DNA of 64,000 nt from Patescibacteria group bacterium (GTDB taxonomy: Bacteria > Patescibacteriota > Microgenomatia > UBA1406 > GWC2-37-13). Location: NCBI GenBank assembly GCA_026004415.1, contig BPJC01000003.1, forward strand, positions 49,178 to 113,177, read 5' to 3'. Positions within the stretch are counted from its first letter, which is position 1; each line of letters begins with the position of its first letter. Made by a program: the position numbers and the translations under genes. Below, piece by piece: positions 54,257 through 64,000 of this stretch. The notes under the pieces are model-generated. The model saw only the letters and a program-made list of their open reading frames with translations, made no database searches and had not been told where the DNA came from.

Positions 54257-57200
54257 TGATCCCGGACTCGTCGTCCCGATGCCGACGTTGCCTGTCGCAA
54301 AATAACTATTTCCTCCTGAACCATCTAACCAAATATTGGTAATAATTGAAGGATAGGAACCAAGCGTGACCGTCATTGGTCCTATTCCTATCGCTTTGTT
54401 TACTCTTAAATTGGCGTCATCCCCTGAAGTTTGTAAAAACATTGTTGGTACGGTATTTCCAGTTGCGGTATTGGTATGAATCCAGGCCGGGCCATAGCCC
54501 GTTCCATCATCAGTATAATGAAGGTAAGTTTCAAATGGATAAGTTCCAGATTTAATAATTCCACCATAACCGGTCATACCTATTCCACCAATCCAGATGT
54601 TACCTGCTACTGATAATTTTTCACTAGGATTCGTCGTTCCGATGCCGACGTTGCCCGCTACTGTTAAACCTGCCCAGGGTGACTGTGTTCCGTAGTTGTA
54701 TCCTACACTTAGCGCTCCTGTATATACTTGTGCACCAGAGCTGCCGTAACCAAATCCTATTGCTGTTCCAGAATCATATTCTCTAAGCCAAATATTATTA
54801 ATCCTTATATCTCCTCCTTGAACATCCAACTTCGCCCCCGGATTCGTCGTCCCGATGCCGACGTTGCCTGTTGTTTGTGCAAGTATTGCTCCGCCAGAGA
54901 TTCTTAGAGAGTATCCGTTCATACCAGTACCTGCAGGATCTAATCCAAAGTTTTGGTCAGATTTGTCTAAGAATTTTTCTGCTATTACTGAATTGTTTAC
55001 AGTCAATGACTCTGTGGTTAAATTGGTTGAATATAAAGATCCATTAACATATAGTTTATAAGAACCCGGATTCGTCGTCCCGATGCCGACATTGCCCGAA
55101 GCTGTTATTCTCATGACTTCATTACCTGTATCCGCTCTATTACCATTCCAAGTAACACCAGATCTAAATGTTAGTGGTACATTTCCTCCGACTCCTTCCC
55201 AGCTAATAATAGCTCTTCTTTCTCCTGTAGTATCAGAAACGTCCAAACCTATTGTAGCATCGCCAGTATTACCAACAATTGCAGAAACGACTTGTCCATC
55301 ACCTTGAACCTGTAATTTTTGAGCAGGCCCCGTAGTCCCGATGCCGACGTTTTCTGATTTTATTACCATCTCCGGATCAGACACTCCATCCCCCTGGTTA
55401 AAAACCAGAGGATTTCCTGCACCAAGCCCTTGATCATCCATCCCTATTGTCCAACGGACTGAACTTCCATCTCTAAATTTTATTACTGGATCAGACAAAC
55501 CCGCACCATTCATAAGTATATTCCCGTTGTATACTGTAAGCTTTTCTCCTGGACCCGCCGTCCCAATTCCCACATAACCTGTTGCCCCTTCAATAAACAT
55601 TCGGGTACTAAAACTAAATGTATTTCCACTAGTTAATCCTGTATTTGCCCTAAATTGTATATTTCCATTTGCAAGGAATACTGCAGAGGCTGCATCACTC
55701 CTTGCTGTAAATGACCCCATGTCATGGGTTGCTCCTGCAGTAATGTGCCCCCAGTCAGCATCTGAAGTATATCCGCCTCCTCCTAAAAACAAACCACCTG
55801 AGGTTGTGCCTCCCATGGTGCTTGTTTGCAGGTATAACCCTCCGCCTTGACCATGTTGGACTAGTGCAGCCTCGTTAAGTCCTGTTTTAATATGAAGTCT
55901 CGCCCCTGGACTCGTTGTTCCGATGCCTACATTGCCGGAGGTGTCTATTCTGACAGCTTCAGTCCAATTATCAGTCATAAATCTTAATTGCCCTCCAGTT
56001 TCATCAGAACCGAGACTTAACAGATTTGAATTAGTGTCATAAACTACGTTGGCTACCTGGGTTCCATTTTCTGCCATACTAAATGCAGCTTGATATCCAG
56101 TTGTAGTGTCTGCTTGGATATAAGAGTGAGCTGTTGAATCATATTTAATGCCTATAGTTGATGATCCGGCTATATGCAATTTGTACACTGGACTTGTCGT
56201 TCCGATGCCGACATTGCCATTCATAATTTCAATATCTCCGTCTGTTTGAATTTTTAATCCTTCTACCCAAGTAATATTTGTGTCAGCTGTGCCTGATACT
56301 GCATATCTAAGGCTTATGTCTCCTGTAGATGGCATCGCAATATTTTGTGCTGTTCCAGTATTAGTGTATTTCCAGTTTGATCCATCCCAATAAGCGTTTC
56401 TAGTAAAGAAAGATCCGTTTGCCGCTTGAAGCAAATGAGTTAAGTTCTCAATTTGTAATTTAGATTTTGGATTAGTTGTTCCTATACCAACATTGCCACT
56501 GGCATCTATGACAAATGGAGTTGTGTCTGAGTCTCCTGTTTCATCGTTAACTCTAAAAGAAAATCCTGATCCTAAATTGGTAATCATTAAAGGAACTGCG
56601 CTAGAGTTACTGTTTGTTGCTAGTTTTAAAAGATTTCCTGTTCCTCCTGATGTTGTGGGTGAGTGGTTTATTTCTAAAATTGAGCCAGAAAGTCCTGATG
56701 AGGTAGAGGAGAGGTAAAGAGATCTGCCTGATGTTAGAGAGTTAGCGTTTATAGTAAAAAAATTCTGAGTGCTTGCAGATGTGTTAAAGGTCGTGGTATA
56801 GGTGGAGTGATTGAGTGTTAGGTTGTCTGTTGGGTCAAGCAAGTCGTCCCAGTATAGCGAGTTTGCAGTTATGTTAGTAGTCCAAGATAAAATTCCTGTT
56901 GCATCTGTTTTAAGGTATCCGTTAGCATTTATTGAAGTAGGTAGGGTGTAGGTAATATCCGCTGTTTGGGTTCCAGTTACAAAAGTTGTTGAGTATGCAT
57001 TGTCTCCGGCGCTGATTAAATCGATTTTGCCTGCAGTGTTGTTTGTGCCTGTTGAGGCATCTAATCCTACAGTTATGCCAGAAGAACCTGATATGTGAAG
57101 ATGCGTTGCTGGAGCTGTAGTGCCGATGCCAACATTTCCTGATGTGTCTATTATTACTTGAGGTGTAGTAGCCGCATTTGTTCCAAGACCTAAATACCTT

Positions 57201-59248
57201 GAAGCTGTAGCTTGGATATAAAAAGTGCTGTTTCCTCCTAAATCTACTCCCATTATATTGCCTAAGTTCGTGTTTGTGTTATATCTAAAGTTGATTAGCT
57301 GAATTGGTGTTGGTGATAATGTATCTGTTATAGCTATTCTTGAGAACTGTGTAGCAGAGGATAATATATGGAGTTTACCTGCAGGTGAAGCTGTTCCAAT
57401 TCCTACATAATTATTTGTAGTATCAAAATTTAATAAACCTGATTCTATATTCAATGCAGTTGTTGAGTTTGCTAAATCCCAGCTTATAGCTGATGTAGAT
57501 GTCCAGTTAGAATCTGAAAAAGTAGTTGTTTGATCTGTTAAGATATTTCCAGTTATTATGCCAGATGAGGTTGTGATATTGCCTGAGGTTATAATAGAGC
57601 CATTGTTGGTTAGTCTGAAGATATTAGAGGCAGTTGAGGCTCCATTTGATGCAACTAAAATATCTTGGTCACCTTTTTCCCATAAAGAAACTAAAGCTTT
57701 TCCAGTAATAGCTCCTTCAACCTCTAGTTTGTGTACTGCTGTTGTATCTCCGATTGAGACTTTATTGGAGGTAGTATATAGATAAACATTACCTGATGTC
57801 TCAGTCCATGGAGAGATTGATGAAGCAGTTGCAAACTCTAATCCTGTTTCTCCTGAGTTTACTTTTACAAAATAACCAGCTGACCCTGTATAACTGGAAG
57901 GAGTGTCTGTAAGGTCCAAAAAAGATAAGTCATTATCAAAAGCTAAATCTCCGAGCGTTCGTTTTACTAAATTGTTTGAAGAATTTATCATTATGGCTGT
58001 TTGATCTGTCGTAGATGTTGTTAGTCCAGAAAAATTTACTGTGTTTGTAGCGCGCAATGTTCCATTTATATCTAAAGTATAACTTGGATTTATAATGCCT
58101 CCAAGTCCGACATTTCCAGTTCTGTCTATTACAAATACTTGTTGAGTTGTTATTAAGTTACTAGTAGTTATTCTGAAAAGATCATTGCTATCTGATACTC
58201 CAAGACTCCAGTCTTTATTTTCACCATTGTCTCTAAAATGAATATATGTGTCTGCACCGGTTCCTCCTGCAATTGATAGTTTAATTACTGCATCAGAGTC
58301 TTGAATTTCTTGATATATGTCTAAAAGTTGAGCAGGTGTTGAGGTTCCAATACCTACATTGTTGGCAATATAAGCTCCATAGTTATTATCTGCGCCTGAG
58401 ACTGTGTCTACATATAATCCCCAGTTATTTGTTTCAGTTCCTGTAGATCCTGTAAAATCTCCAGTTGAAGTAATGTAAACTCCATATTTGTTGATTCCGT
58501 TTGTGGTAGTATTTGTAGTTGAGTTATTTATAATATTTGCATAATTAGATGAGGTAACTGCTCCTGATGAGAGAATATACAGTTTTGCAGTTGGATTAGT
58601 TGTTCCAATACCGACATTGCCTGTTGTTTGGGCTAGAATTGCTCCTGCCAATGTTCTTAGAGAGTAGCCTCCCATATCAGTACCTGCTGGGTCAAGACCA
58701 AATGTATTATTTGTATAGTCTAAAAATCTTTCTCCAATTATATCTCCAGTAGAGGTTATGCTTCCTGTTGCCATACTGGTAGCATAGAGTGAGCCATTGA
58801 CTTCTAATTTGTAATTAGGATTGGTTGTGCCAATACCTACATTGCCTAGGTTGTCAATAATCATTCTTGTTTCTGTATCTGTTGCTCCTTGCGTGCGGAA
58901 TTTTATTGTACCGCTCTCTGTTGCCTGCAAAACAATATCTCCTGTGCCAGCTGAGGCAATAGTAACTATATTTGCGCTTGATATCTCAAAGTTAGCACTT
59001 TCATAGGTTGATCTGATAGCAGGGTTAGCTAAAGCCAGCATCATATCTCCAGCTGAGTTAATGTATGGAATAAAAGGCACAGCAATAGAGCCATCGTCTG
59101 GAGGCAGGCCTTGAAGAGTTTCTGCATTAATTGCATAACCAACATTAGCTATTGGCTGTCTTGGCGTCATCTCAGGATCTGATCCAACCGTGACTCCTAA
59201 ATAAACCTCTGTATTTTCTGTAAAGACAGAGTTGTCAATTTCAGACAT
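54191..59248 (-). CDS. Giant secreted fibre/adhesin-like protein fragment (1685 aa) with ~15 GNVGIGTT(N/S)P-x-x-KL-x-V motifs
   Basis: Very Gly/Thr/Ser/Asn-rich. The motif GNVGIGTTNP..KL.V recurs at irregular spacing, as in tail-fibre-domain proteins that end in S74 chaperone domains. The frame stays open ~330 nt upstream of the first ATG and encodes a TM helix there (KAFALYLGGLFLIIAGSIIAYGVY). Confidence 0.8.
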   Translation of the reverse strand: MSEIDNSVFTENTEVYLGVTVGSDPEMTPRQPIANVGYAINAETLQGLPPDDGSIAVPFIPYINSAGDMMLALANPAIRSTYESANFEISSANIVTIASAGTGDIVLQATESGTIKFRTQGATDTETRMIIDNLGNVGIGTTNPNYKLEVNGSLYATSMATGSITSTGDIIGERFLDYTNNTFGLDPAGTDMGGYSLRTLAGAILAQTTGNVGIGTTNPTAKLYILSSGAVTSSNYANIINNSTTNTTTNGINKYGVYITSTGDFTGSTGTETNNWGLYVDTVSGADNNYGAYIANNVGIGTSTPAQLLDIYQEIQDSDAVIKLSIAGGTGADTYIHFRDNGENKDWSLGVSDSNDLFRITTSNLITTQQVFVIDRTGNVGLGGIINPSYTLDINGTLRATNTVNFSGLTTSTTDQTAIMINSSNNLVKRTLGDLAFDNDLSFLDLTDTPSSYTGSAGYFVKVNSGETGLEFATASSISPWTETSGNVYLYTTSNKVSIGDTTAVHKLEVEGAITGKALVSLWEKGDQDILVASNGASTASNIFRLTNNGSIITSGNITTSSGIITGNILTDQTTTFSDSNWTSTSAISWDLANSTTALNIESGLLNFDTTNNYVGIGTASPAGKLHILSSATQFSRIAITDTLSPTPIQLINFRYNTNTNLGNIMGVDLGGNSTFYIQATASRYLGLGTNAATTPQVIIDTSGNVGIGTTAPATHLHISGSSGITVGLDASTGTNNTAGKIDLISAGDNAYSTTFVTGTQTADITYTLPTSINANGYLKTDATGILSWTTNITANSLYWDDLLDPTDNLTLNHSTYTTTFNTSASTQNFFTINANSLTSGRSLYLSSTSSGLSGSILEINHSPTTSGGTGNLLKLATNSNSSAVPLMITNLGSGFSFRVNDETGDSDTTPFVIDASGNVGIGTTNPKSKLQIENLTHLLQAANGSFFTRNAYWDGSNWKYTNTGTAQNIAMPSTGDISLRYAVSGTADTNITWVEGLKIQTDGDIEIMNGNVGIGTTSPVYKLHIAGSSTIGIKYDSTAHSYIQADTTTGYQAAFSMAENGTQVANVVYDTNSNLLSLGSDETGGQLRFMTDNWTEAVRIDTSGNVGIGTTSPGARLHIKTGLNEAALVQHGQGGGLYLQTSTMGGTTSGGLFLGGGGYTSDADWGHITAGATHDMGSFTARSDAASAVFLANGNIQFRANTGLTSGNTFSFSTRMFIEGATGYVGIGTAGPGEKLTVYNGNILMNGAGLSDPVIKFRDGSSVRWTIGMDDQGLGAGNPLVFNQGDGVSDPEMVIKSENVGIGTTGPAQKLQVQGDGQVVSAIVGNTGDATIGLDVSDTTGERRAIISWEGVGGNVPLTFRSGVTWNGNRADTGNEVMRITASGNVGIGTTNPGSYKLYVNGSLYSTNLTTESLTVNNSVIAEKFLDKSDQNFGLDPAGTGMNGYSLRISGGAILAQTTGNVGIGTTNPGAKLDVQGGDIRINNIWLREYDSGTAIGFGYGSSGAQVYTGALSVGYNYGTQSPWAGLTVAGNVGIGTTNPSEKLSVAGNIWIGGIGMTGYGGIIKSGTYPFETYLHYTDDGTGYGPAWIHTNTATGNTVPTMFLQTSGDDANLRVNKAIGIGPMTVTLGSYPSIITNIWLDGSGGNSYFATGNVGIGTTSPGSYKLYVAGTAYILRRYNMQMEE

Positions 59249-59528
59249 TCCGCAGTCAGAGCCAATAATAACATTTATTACTCCGTCTTGGTCAGGTACA
59301 ACTCCATTAGCTCCAGTACAAGAACCTGTGTATAAAACATTTCCTCCAGTTGAACTATCGTAAAGTTTAAAGACAATATCTGTAGCAGTGGTTATTGGGT
59401 TGCCTAAAGAGTCAGTTAGTCTACCCTGAAAAGAAATTGTTCTGCCAGCTCTCTTAAGGTCTGTAGGATAAGCTAATGTTGGCTGGTTGTTGTTTGATAA
59501 TTTGTTATAAACTCCATAAGCAATTATA

Positions 59529-59837
59529 CTACCTGCTATTATTAAGAATAACCCACCAAGATATAAGGCAAAAGCTTTGTTTGCAATATACTGTTTTGTA
59601 CCTTGTTCTTAAATCAATTAAAAATCTTTGAAAAGAAATATATTTTAACTCATATACTGTTTTGCTTATTGTCTGTCTTAATTTCTTATACTCAGAATCA
59701 GAAATGTTTTTTTGGTCAAGTAAAAACTCTAGATAATAATTTAATGAGGTTAATTTCTTAATCTTTTCTTTTTTTGACAGCTTAAAATTGTTCAAGCCGT
59801 TAATGTATCTAAGAAATAAGTTTTCATAGTTTCTCAT
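59529..59837 (-). CDS. Small ORF, probably the displaced N-terminus of the giant gene
   Basis: This 102-aa ORF overlaps the startless upstream extension of the giant ORF. Removing one A from the AAAA run at ~59590 fuses ...LIDLRTRYK to QYIANKAFALYLGG... (cytoplasmic domain, then TM, then the giant ectodomain). Confidence 0.45.
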   Translation of the reverse strand: MRNYENLFLRYINGLNNFKLSKKEKIKKLTSLNYYLEFLLDQKNISDSEYKKLRQTISKTVYELKYISFQRFLIDLRTRYKTVYCKQSFCLISWWVILNNSR

Positions 59838-60026
59838 ATGGATTACCTTCTACTGCTGGATTAAAATAATCATTTATAATCCTAAGAGAAAAAGTTATGT
59901 AATACTTTATTGCTTTATAATCAAAATTGATTTTTTTTAGGCTTTGTTACAGTTAAACTTTCGTTTGGTCTGTCAAATAGATTGATTGATTTTTTTAATT
60001 GCAAACTACTAGTTTTTAACATATTG

Positions 60027-60533
60027 TCAATTAGAAGTTGAAACTGCTAACATTTCATTAATATCATCTAGGATTGTTCTAATAGTATCTTCGCTCAAAT
60101 TGTGTTTTTCTTTTAGAAATCTTGAAAACATTAGTTGTTGTTTTTTAATCTGAAGGTCTGTCGATAGGTTAGTAATTTGTCCTATGTTTTTATCATTAAT
60201 ATAATTTTTGAAGATACAAAACTGAAAAAATCTTCTTATGCTTGAGATTCTTCTGTCAATTGTACTTACAGGAACTTTTTTGGCAAACAAGTCTGTTTTA
60301 TATGATTCTAATAGGTCTTTGTTAAGCCATTTAAAAATAGAGATAGAATCTTGCGCAGTAGTGCTGTTGTGTTCTATAGCTTGTTTTAAAGCCCAATATA
60401 AAAAATGTTTAGTGTCAGAAATATAGTTTCTAATACTTGACTTTGCTATGGGATTATCTGCTAATTTATTTTGGTTAATTAGATAACTCTTAAATAAACC
60501 AAGTATATTAGATATATTAGATGTTTTTTTCAT
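60027..60533 (-). CDS. Stand-alone phage-integrase N-terminal SAM-like (core-binding) domain protein
   Basis: 168 aa; KSSIRNYISDTKHFLYWA ... VPVSTIDRRISSIRRFFQFCIFKNYINDKN matches the core-binding domain pattern of tyrosine recombinases. No catalytic domain follows. Confidence 0.5.
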   Translation of the reverse strand: MKKTSNISNILGLFKSYLINQNKLADNPIAKSSIRNYISDTKHFLYWALKQAIEHNSTTAQDSISIFKWLNKDLLESYKTDLFAKKVPVSTIDRRISSIRRFFQFCIFKNYINDKNIGQITNLSTDLQIKKQQLMFSRFLKEKHNLSEDTIRTILDDINEMLAVSTSN

Positions 60534-60980
60534 ATACTCAAATCATAATACAATAATAATAGAGTTGTCAAGAGTTATTTTGATATATTTTGAGATATAT
60601 AAAGTTTAACGACTGTGTGCTGTTTTAAAAGTAGAGAAGAGCTTGTAGTATTATATAATTATATTTAAATTATTTCCCGCATTATGTTTATGTGTCACTA
60701 TGGAGGTTTATAATGTATATATTTACTTATAGTAATTATATCCTGGTATAAATATTAATCTGATTTGTGTTTGTACAATTTAATTTAATTTAATTAAAAT
60801 TTAAGGTGGCTTTTGAGGTGTTCTTGTTATTAATTTGTTATCTTAGTATAAAGGCTTAATTTATAATTTTATTTATATTTAATTCATAATTTAATTTGAG
60901 GCTTAAGGTTAGTTTGACTGTTTTGTATTTTTCTATACTCTTTTAAGCATTCGTAAATAAAATATTCTAAAATATTAAGA

Positions 60981-61973
60981 ATGAAGAAATTTTTTTCTAT
61001 TTTCTCAGGTGTATTATTTTTCATTTTTTTTGCAGAAAGTGTTTATGCTCAAAGATTAAGTTTATCTATTTCACCACCTTTGGTTGAGTTAATTATTAAG
61101 CCATCAAAATCTGTTTTAGTTGCTTTTACTATTACTAATAACTCTGATCCTGTTTTATTAAAAATTAATCTAAAAAGTTTTAAGCCATTATCTGATACTG
61201 GCACTATTCTAGTTAAGGAAGGGTTAGAGGGTCCAATTAATTTTAATTTGGAAAACTCTGTTATAGATTTCTCTAAACCTTTTATGCTTGATAAAAATCG
61301 AAAAGAACAAGCATTGCTTAAAATCTCTGTTCCGCCTAATGCTCCTGAAGGAGACTATTATTATACTTTGCTTGTAGAGTCTATTCCAGAACAGGGTTTA
61401 AACTCGACCTCGGTTGTTAATAAAGCAAGTATTGGAGCTAATATAATAATAACTGTAACAGACGATGGTTCTATTGAAATAAAGCCTAAAATAGCCTTTT
61501 TTGGTGTGTTGCCAGAGTATAAAGTTAATCTTTTCGGCCGTAACATATATATATTTGATTCTTTTTCTGAGATTCCGGTTATCCTAAAGGTTGCTAATAC
61601 TGGAAAAAACTTTTTTCAGCCTAATGGTTTGATAACTGTTGAAGGTCTATTTGGTCTGACAAGCAGTTATTCTCTTTTGCCCCAAAATGTATTGGCTTAT
61701 TCTGATCGCATAATCTATGCTTCAGACTCTGCAGGAGTAATTAAAAAAGATTATAAAGACAAAACAGTATCTTATGTGTTATCAGATCTTATTTTTGGCA
61801 GGTATAAATTAAGAGCTGAGTTAAGTTTTGGTCAAAATAATGATAGTAAATTATTTGCAGACTCTGAGTTCTATGTTTTTCCAATAAAGATAGCTTTGGC
61901 TGTTGCAATAGTCTTTTTTGTTTTTTTTATCTTAAAAGCTTTTTTTATTAATAAAAAAAGTAAAGATGCCTGA
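60981..61973 (+). CDS. Hypothetical cell-surface protein (signal peptide + C-terminal TM anchor)
   Basis: MKKFFSIFSGVLFFIFFAESVYA signal, a beta-rich body, and a C-terminal hydrophobic helix followed by KKSKD. Architecture is like Gram-positive DUF916-type surface proteins (weak). Confidence 0.5.
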   Translation: MKKFFSIFSGVLFFIFFAESVYAQRLSLSISPPLVELIIKPSKSVLVAFTITNNSDPVLLKINLKSFKPLSDTGTILVKEGLEGPINFNLENSVIDFSKPFMLDKNRKEQALLKISVPPNAPEGDYYYTLLVESIPEQGLNSTSVVNKASIGANIIITVTDDGSIEIKPKIAFFGVLPEYKVNLFGRNIYIFDSFSEIPVILKVANTGKNFFQPNGLITVEGLFGLTSSYSLLPQNVLAYSDRIIYASDSAGVIKKDYKDKTVSYVLSDLIFGRYKLRAELSFGQNNDSKLFADSEFYVFPIKIALAVAIVFFVFFILKAFFINKKSKDA

Positions 61974-62730
61974 TGTTAATTATTTTGCTAATATTAATAC
62001 ACTATATTTGCATCAACCTTATGCAAGTTTGTTAAACGGGATAATCTTTGGCATAGAGCTTAAAACTTTAGAAGAATTTTTTTTACAACTTAAAAAGGTT
62101 GGTTTACTGCATATTGTTGTTTTGTCAGGAATGAATATAAGTCTTTTATCTGCTTTTGTTTCAAGACTAACTATTAGATTTGGCAGATATATCTCGAGTC
62201 TGTTTAGTATAATAGCTATCATTTGTTTTGTTTTATTTGTAGGACCTGAAGCCCCAATTGTAAGAGCTGGAATTATGGCGATTATTGCTCACGTAGCAAT
62301 TATATATGGATTTAAAACTTATTCTTTATATCTTTTATTTTTATCTGCAGTTATTTCTTTATTAGTAAAACCAGATTGGTTAATGAGTATCTCTTTTCAG
62401 CTTTCATACTTTGCTGTTTTAGGTATTGTGCTTTTCTCTAAGAGTTATAAGAGGGTAGATGGTTTTATTAATAATTTAATCCGTGACCTTAAGATTGAGT
62501 TGCGCACTTCTTTATCAGCCCAAGTCTTTACTTCTCCTTTGATATTTTTATACTTTAAAGAATTCTCATTGATCTCGCCTATATCAAACCTTCTTACTGC
62601 AGGTTTAATTGCTCCTATTATGATTTTAGGTTTTTTATCTGCTTTTTTAGGAAGTATTAATTATTATCTTGGTCTGCCATTTGCTTGGTTAGCTTATCGG
62701 TTTGTTGCGTTACTTAGTTTTTGTAATTGA
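61966..62730 (+). CDS. comEC: ComEC/Rec2 competence channel domain
   Basis: ASLLNGIIFGIE...GLLHIVVLSGMNISLL and multiple TM segments are typical of the ComEC competence domain. The end of the ORF looks frameshifted: an alternative frame continues ...RYLVFVIEVLANIPFGFFDFK. Confidence 0.75.
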   Translation: MPDVNYFANINTLYLHQPYASLLNGIIFGIELKTLEEFFLQLKKVGLLHIVVLSGMNISLLSAFVSRLTIRFGRYISSLFSIIAIICFVLFVGPEAPIVRAGIMAIIAHVAIIYGFKTYSLYLLFLSAVISLLVKPDWLMSISFQLSYFAVLGIVLFSKSYKRVDGFINNLIRDLKIELRTSLSAQVFTSPLIFLYFKEFSLISPISNLLTAGLIAPIMILGFLSAFLGSINYYLGLPFAWLAYRFVALLSFCN

Positions 62731-62807
62731 GGTTCTTGCAAATATTCCATTTGGATTTTTTGATTTTAAATAAGCTATGTTAGATCAGGGAGTTAATAGT
62801 AAATCCT

Positions 62808-63684
62808 TTGTTATTGTCGGTCTTGTTTTCTTTATTTATTTTATGTTTTTATATAGTTAAGTATTCTTTTTTTACAAACGATTTTTTTGTTGTCTGTGAT
62901 GTTGGCCAGGGTGATGGTCTCTACTTTAGAGTTAATAATAATGATATTATTATTGATTCAGGTTCTGGAAGAGATATGTTGTATTGTTTGGGAAAGTATA
63001 TGCCGTTTTGGGATAAAAAAATTGAGTTGGCTTTGTTAACACATCCTCAAAAAGATCATTATGGAGGATTTTTATTTATTTTAGATGAGTACAACATTGA
63101 CAGATTTATTTTGCCGTCTGTTTATAATTCTAAGGCTGAAAGTTATAAACAGTTTCTATCAAAGTTGTACAGTAAAGCTGTTATTAAAAAAGAAGTCTTG
63201 TTTTCTGGTGATTATATTAATATTGGAGACTCTGCTGTACTTTTGCTGTTCTGGCCAAGCAAAGGTTTTGTTAATGAAAACATTGTTAAGAGTAATGCTT
63301 TAGCCTTTGATAATAAATACTTTTATGATACAAGCCTTGATCTGAATCTATTTTCCTACACAGGGCTATTTTATACAACTAAGGGGGATAAAAGAGGTTT
63401 TACTAACAGGAGATATTAACAAAGAAATACTAGTTTCACTGCTGAAACAATATAACTCACTTGTACAACAGGTTGATTACTTAAAACAACCTCATCATGG
63501 CTCAAAAACAGGTTTTGATGATAAGATTTTTAACTTAGCAAAGATAGATAATGTTTTGATAAGTGTTGGAACAAGCAATCCTTATGATCATCCTAGTGAT
63601 GATCTGATTGATTATTTAAACTTAAATAAAATCAATTTCTTAAGAACAGATATCCAAGGAGATATTGTTATCAACTTAAATTAA
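62808..63684 (+). pseudogene. ComEC C-terminal metallo-beta-lactamase-fold domain, split by a frameshift at a G5 run
   Basis: FVVCDVGQGDGLYF...IIDSGSG...LTHPQKDHYGG sits in ORF 62808..63419. The next frame continues (K)GIKEVLLTGDINKE...QPHHGSKTG...NPYDHP... to the TAA at 63682-63684. The junction is at GGGGG 63383-63387. Confidence 0.7.
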
Positions 63685-64000
63685 TATATTGTATTCGTGA
63701 TATTAACTTAATTTGTAAATAACTTAACGGATAAATATCTGATATAAATTATATTGATATATTAATTACTTTATATCCGTTTTTAAATATAACTTGACAA
63801 TTAATAAATCGTTTGTTAACTTTAATTTATGGGTGTTAGAGATAATCAGACTAAAATTCTTTTAGGAATCTTCTTGTTAGGATCAGAAAAATTTGAACCT
63901 GTTAAACTTAGATGAGACTTTTTGCTAGTTTAACTGATCTTAACAATAAATGAAAGGACTAAGGGATTTTTGTCTTCTTTAGTTAAAGAATCTTATTTGG

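Noticed and set aside
63685-64000. AT-rich tail of the window with a TTGACA box (~63795) and a short ATG ORF (MGVRDNQTKILLG..., ~63829-63915).
   Set aside because: The ORF is only ~28 codons with no motif. The promoter-like hexamers lack a convincing -10 at proper spacing, and the evidence is insufficient so close to the window edge.

Overview
AT-rich bacterial chromosomal segment (roughly one-third G+C by eye, not computed). The gene content fits a small-genome, probably CPR/Patescibacteria-type organism; that placement is inferred from content only. Most of the window is housekeeping: a glycolysis/gluconeogenesis operon (fbaB-fbp-gap-pgk), trmD, recJ, rho, yidD, fmt, an N-domain-less clpB, trxB, gdh, five tRNAs, and type IV pilus ATPases/platform (pilT-pilC-pilB) plus ComEC. 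There is also a large envelope-glycosylation block with one GT2 polyprenyl-phosphate glycosyltransferase and six tandem GT-C/PMT-like membrane glycosyltransferase paralogs.

The stand-out is 9.66-15.0 kb, a very compact class 2 type V CRISPR-Cas locus. It has an array of 12 identical 25-nt repeats with unusually short 18-20-nt spacers, and cas1 as the only adaptation gene (no cas2 or cas4). A convergent 1190-aa single effector carries a C-terminal split RuvC (D878/E965/D1140) and a Cys4 insertion but no HNH. Immediately upstream of the effector is a promoter-driven, highly structured ~75-nt RNA candidate with two segments complementary to the repeat. This architecture matches the Cas12d/CasY (type V-D) family, with a scoutRNA/tracr-like partner.

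Second-tier observations:
- A ~9 kb giant surface-fibre gene (50.8-59.8 kb) has about 20 GNVGIGTT motifs, three perfect 345-bp in-frame tandem repeats and an internal S74 chaperone-like domain. It is broken by several single-base insertions.
- A 175-nt structured RNA candidate lies upstream of rho.
- A CsoR-family operator palindrome overlaps its own promoter.
- Several other genes are frameshifted (tatD, comEC, a transposase relic).

All calls rest on reading the translated ORFs and the DNA by eye. No database search was possible.
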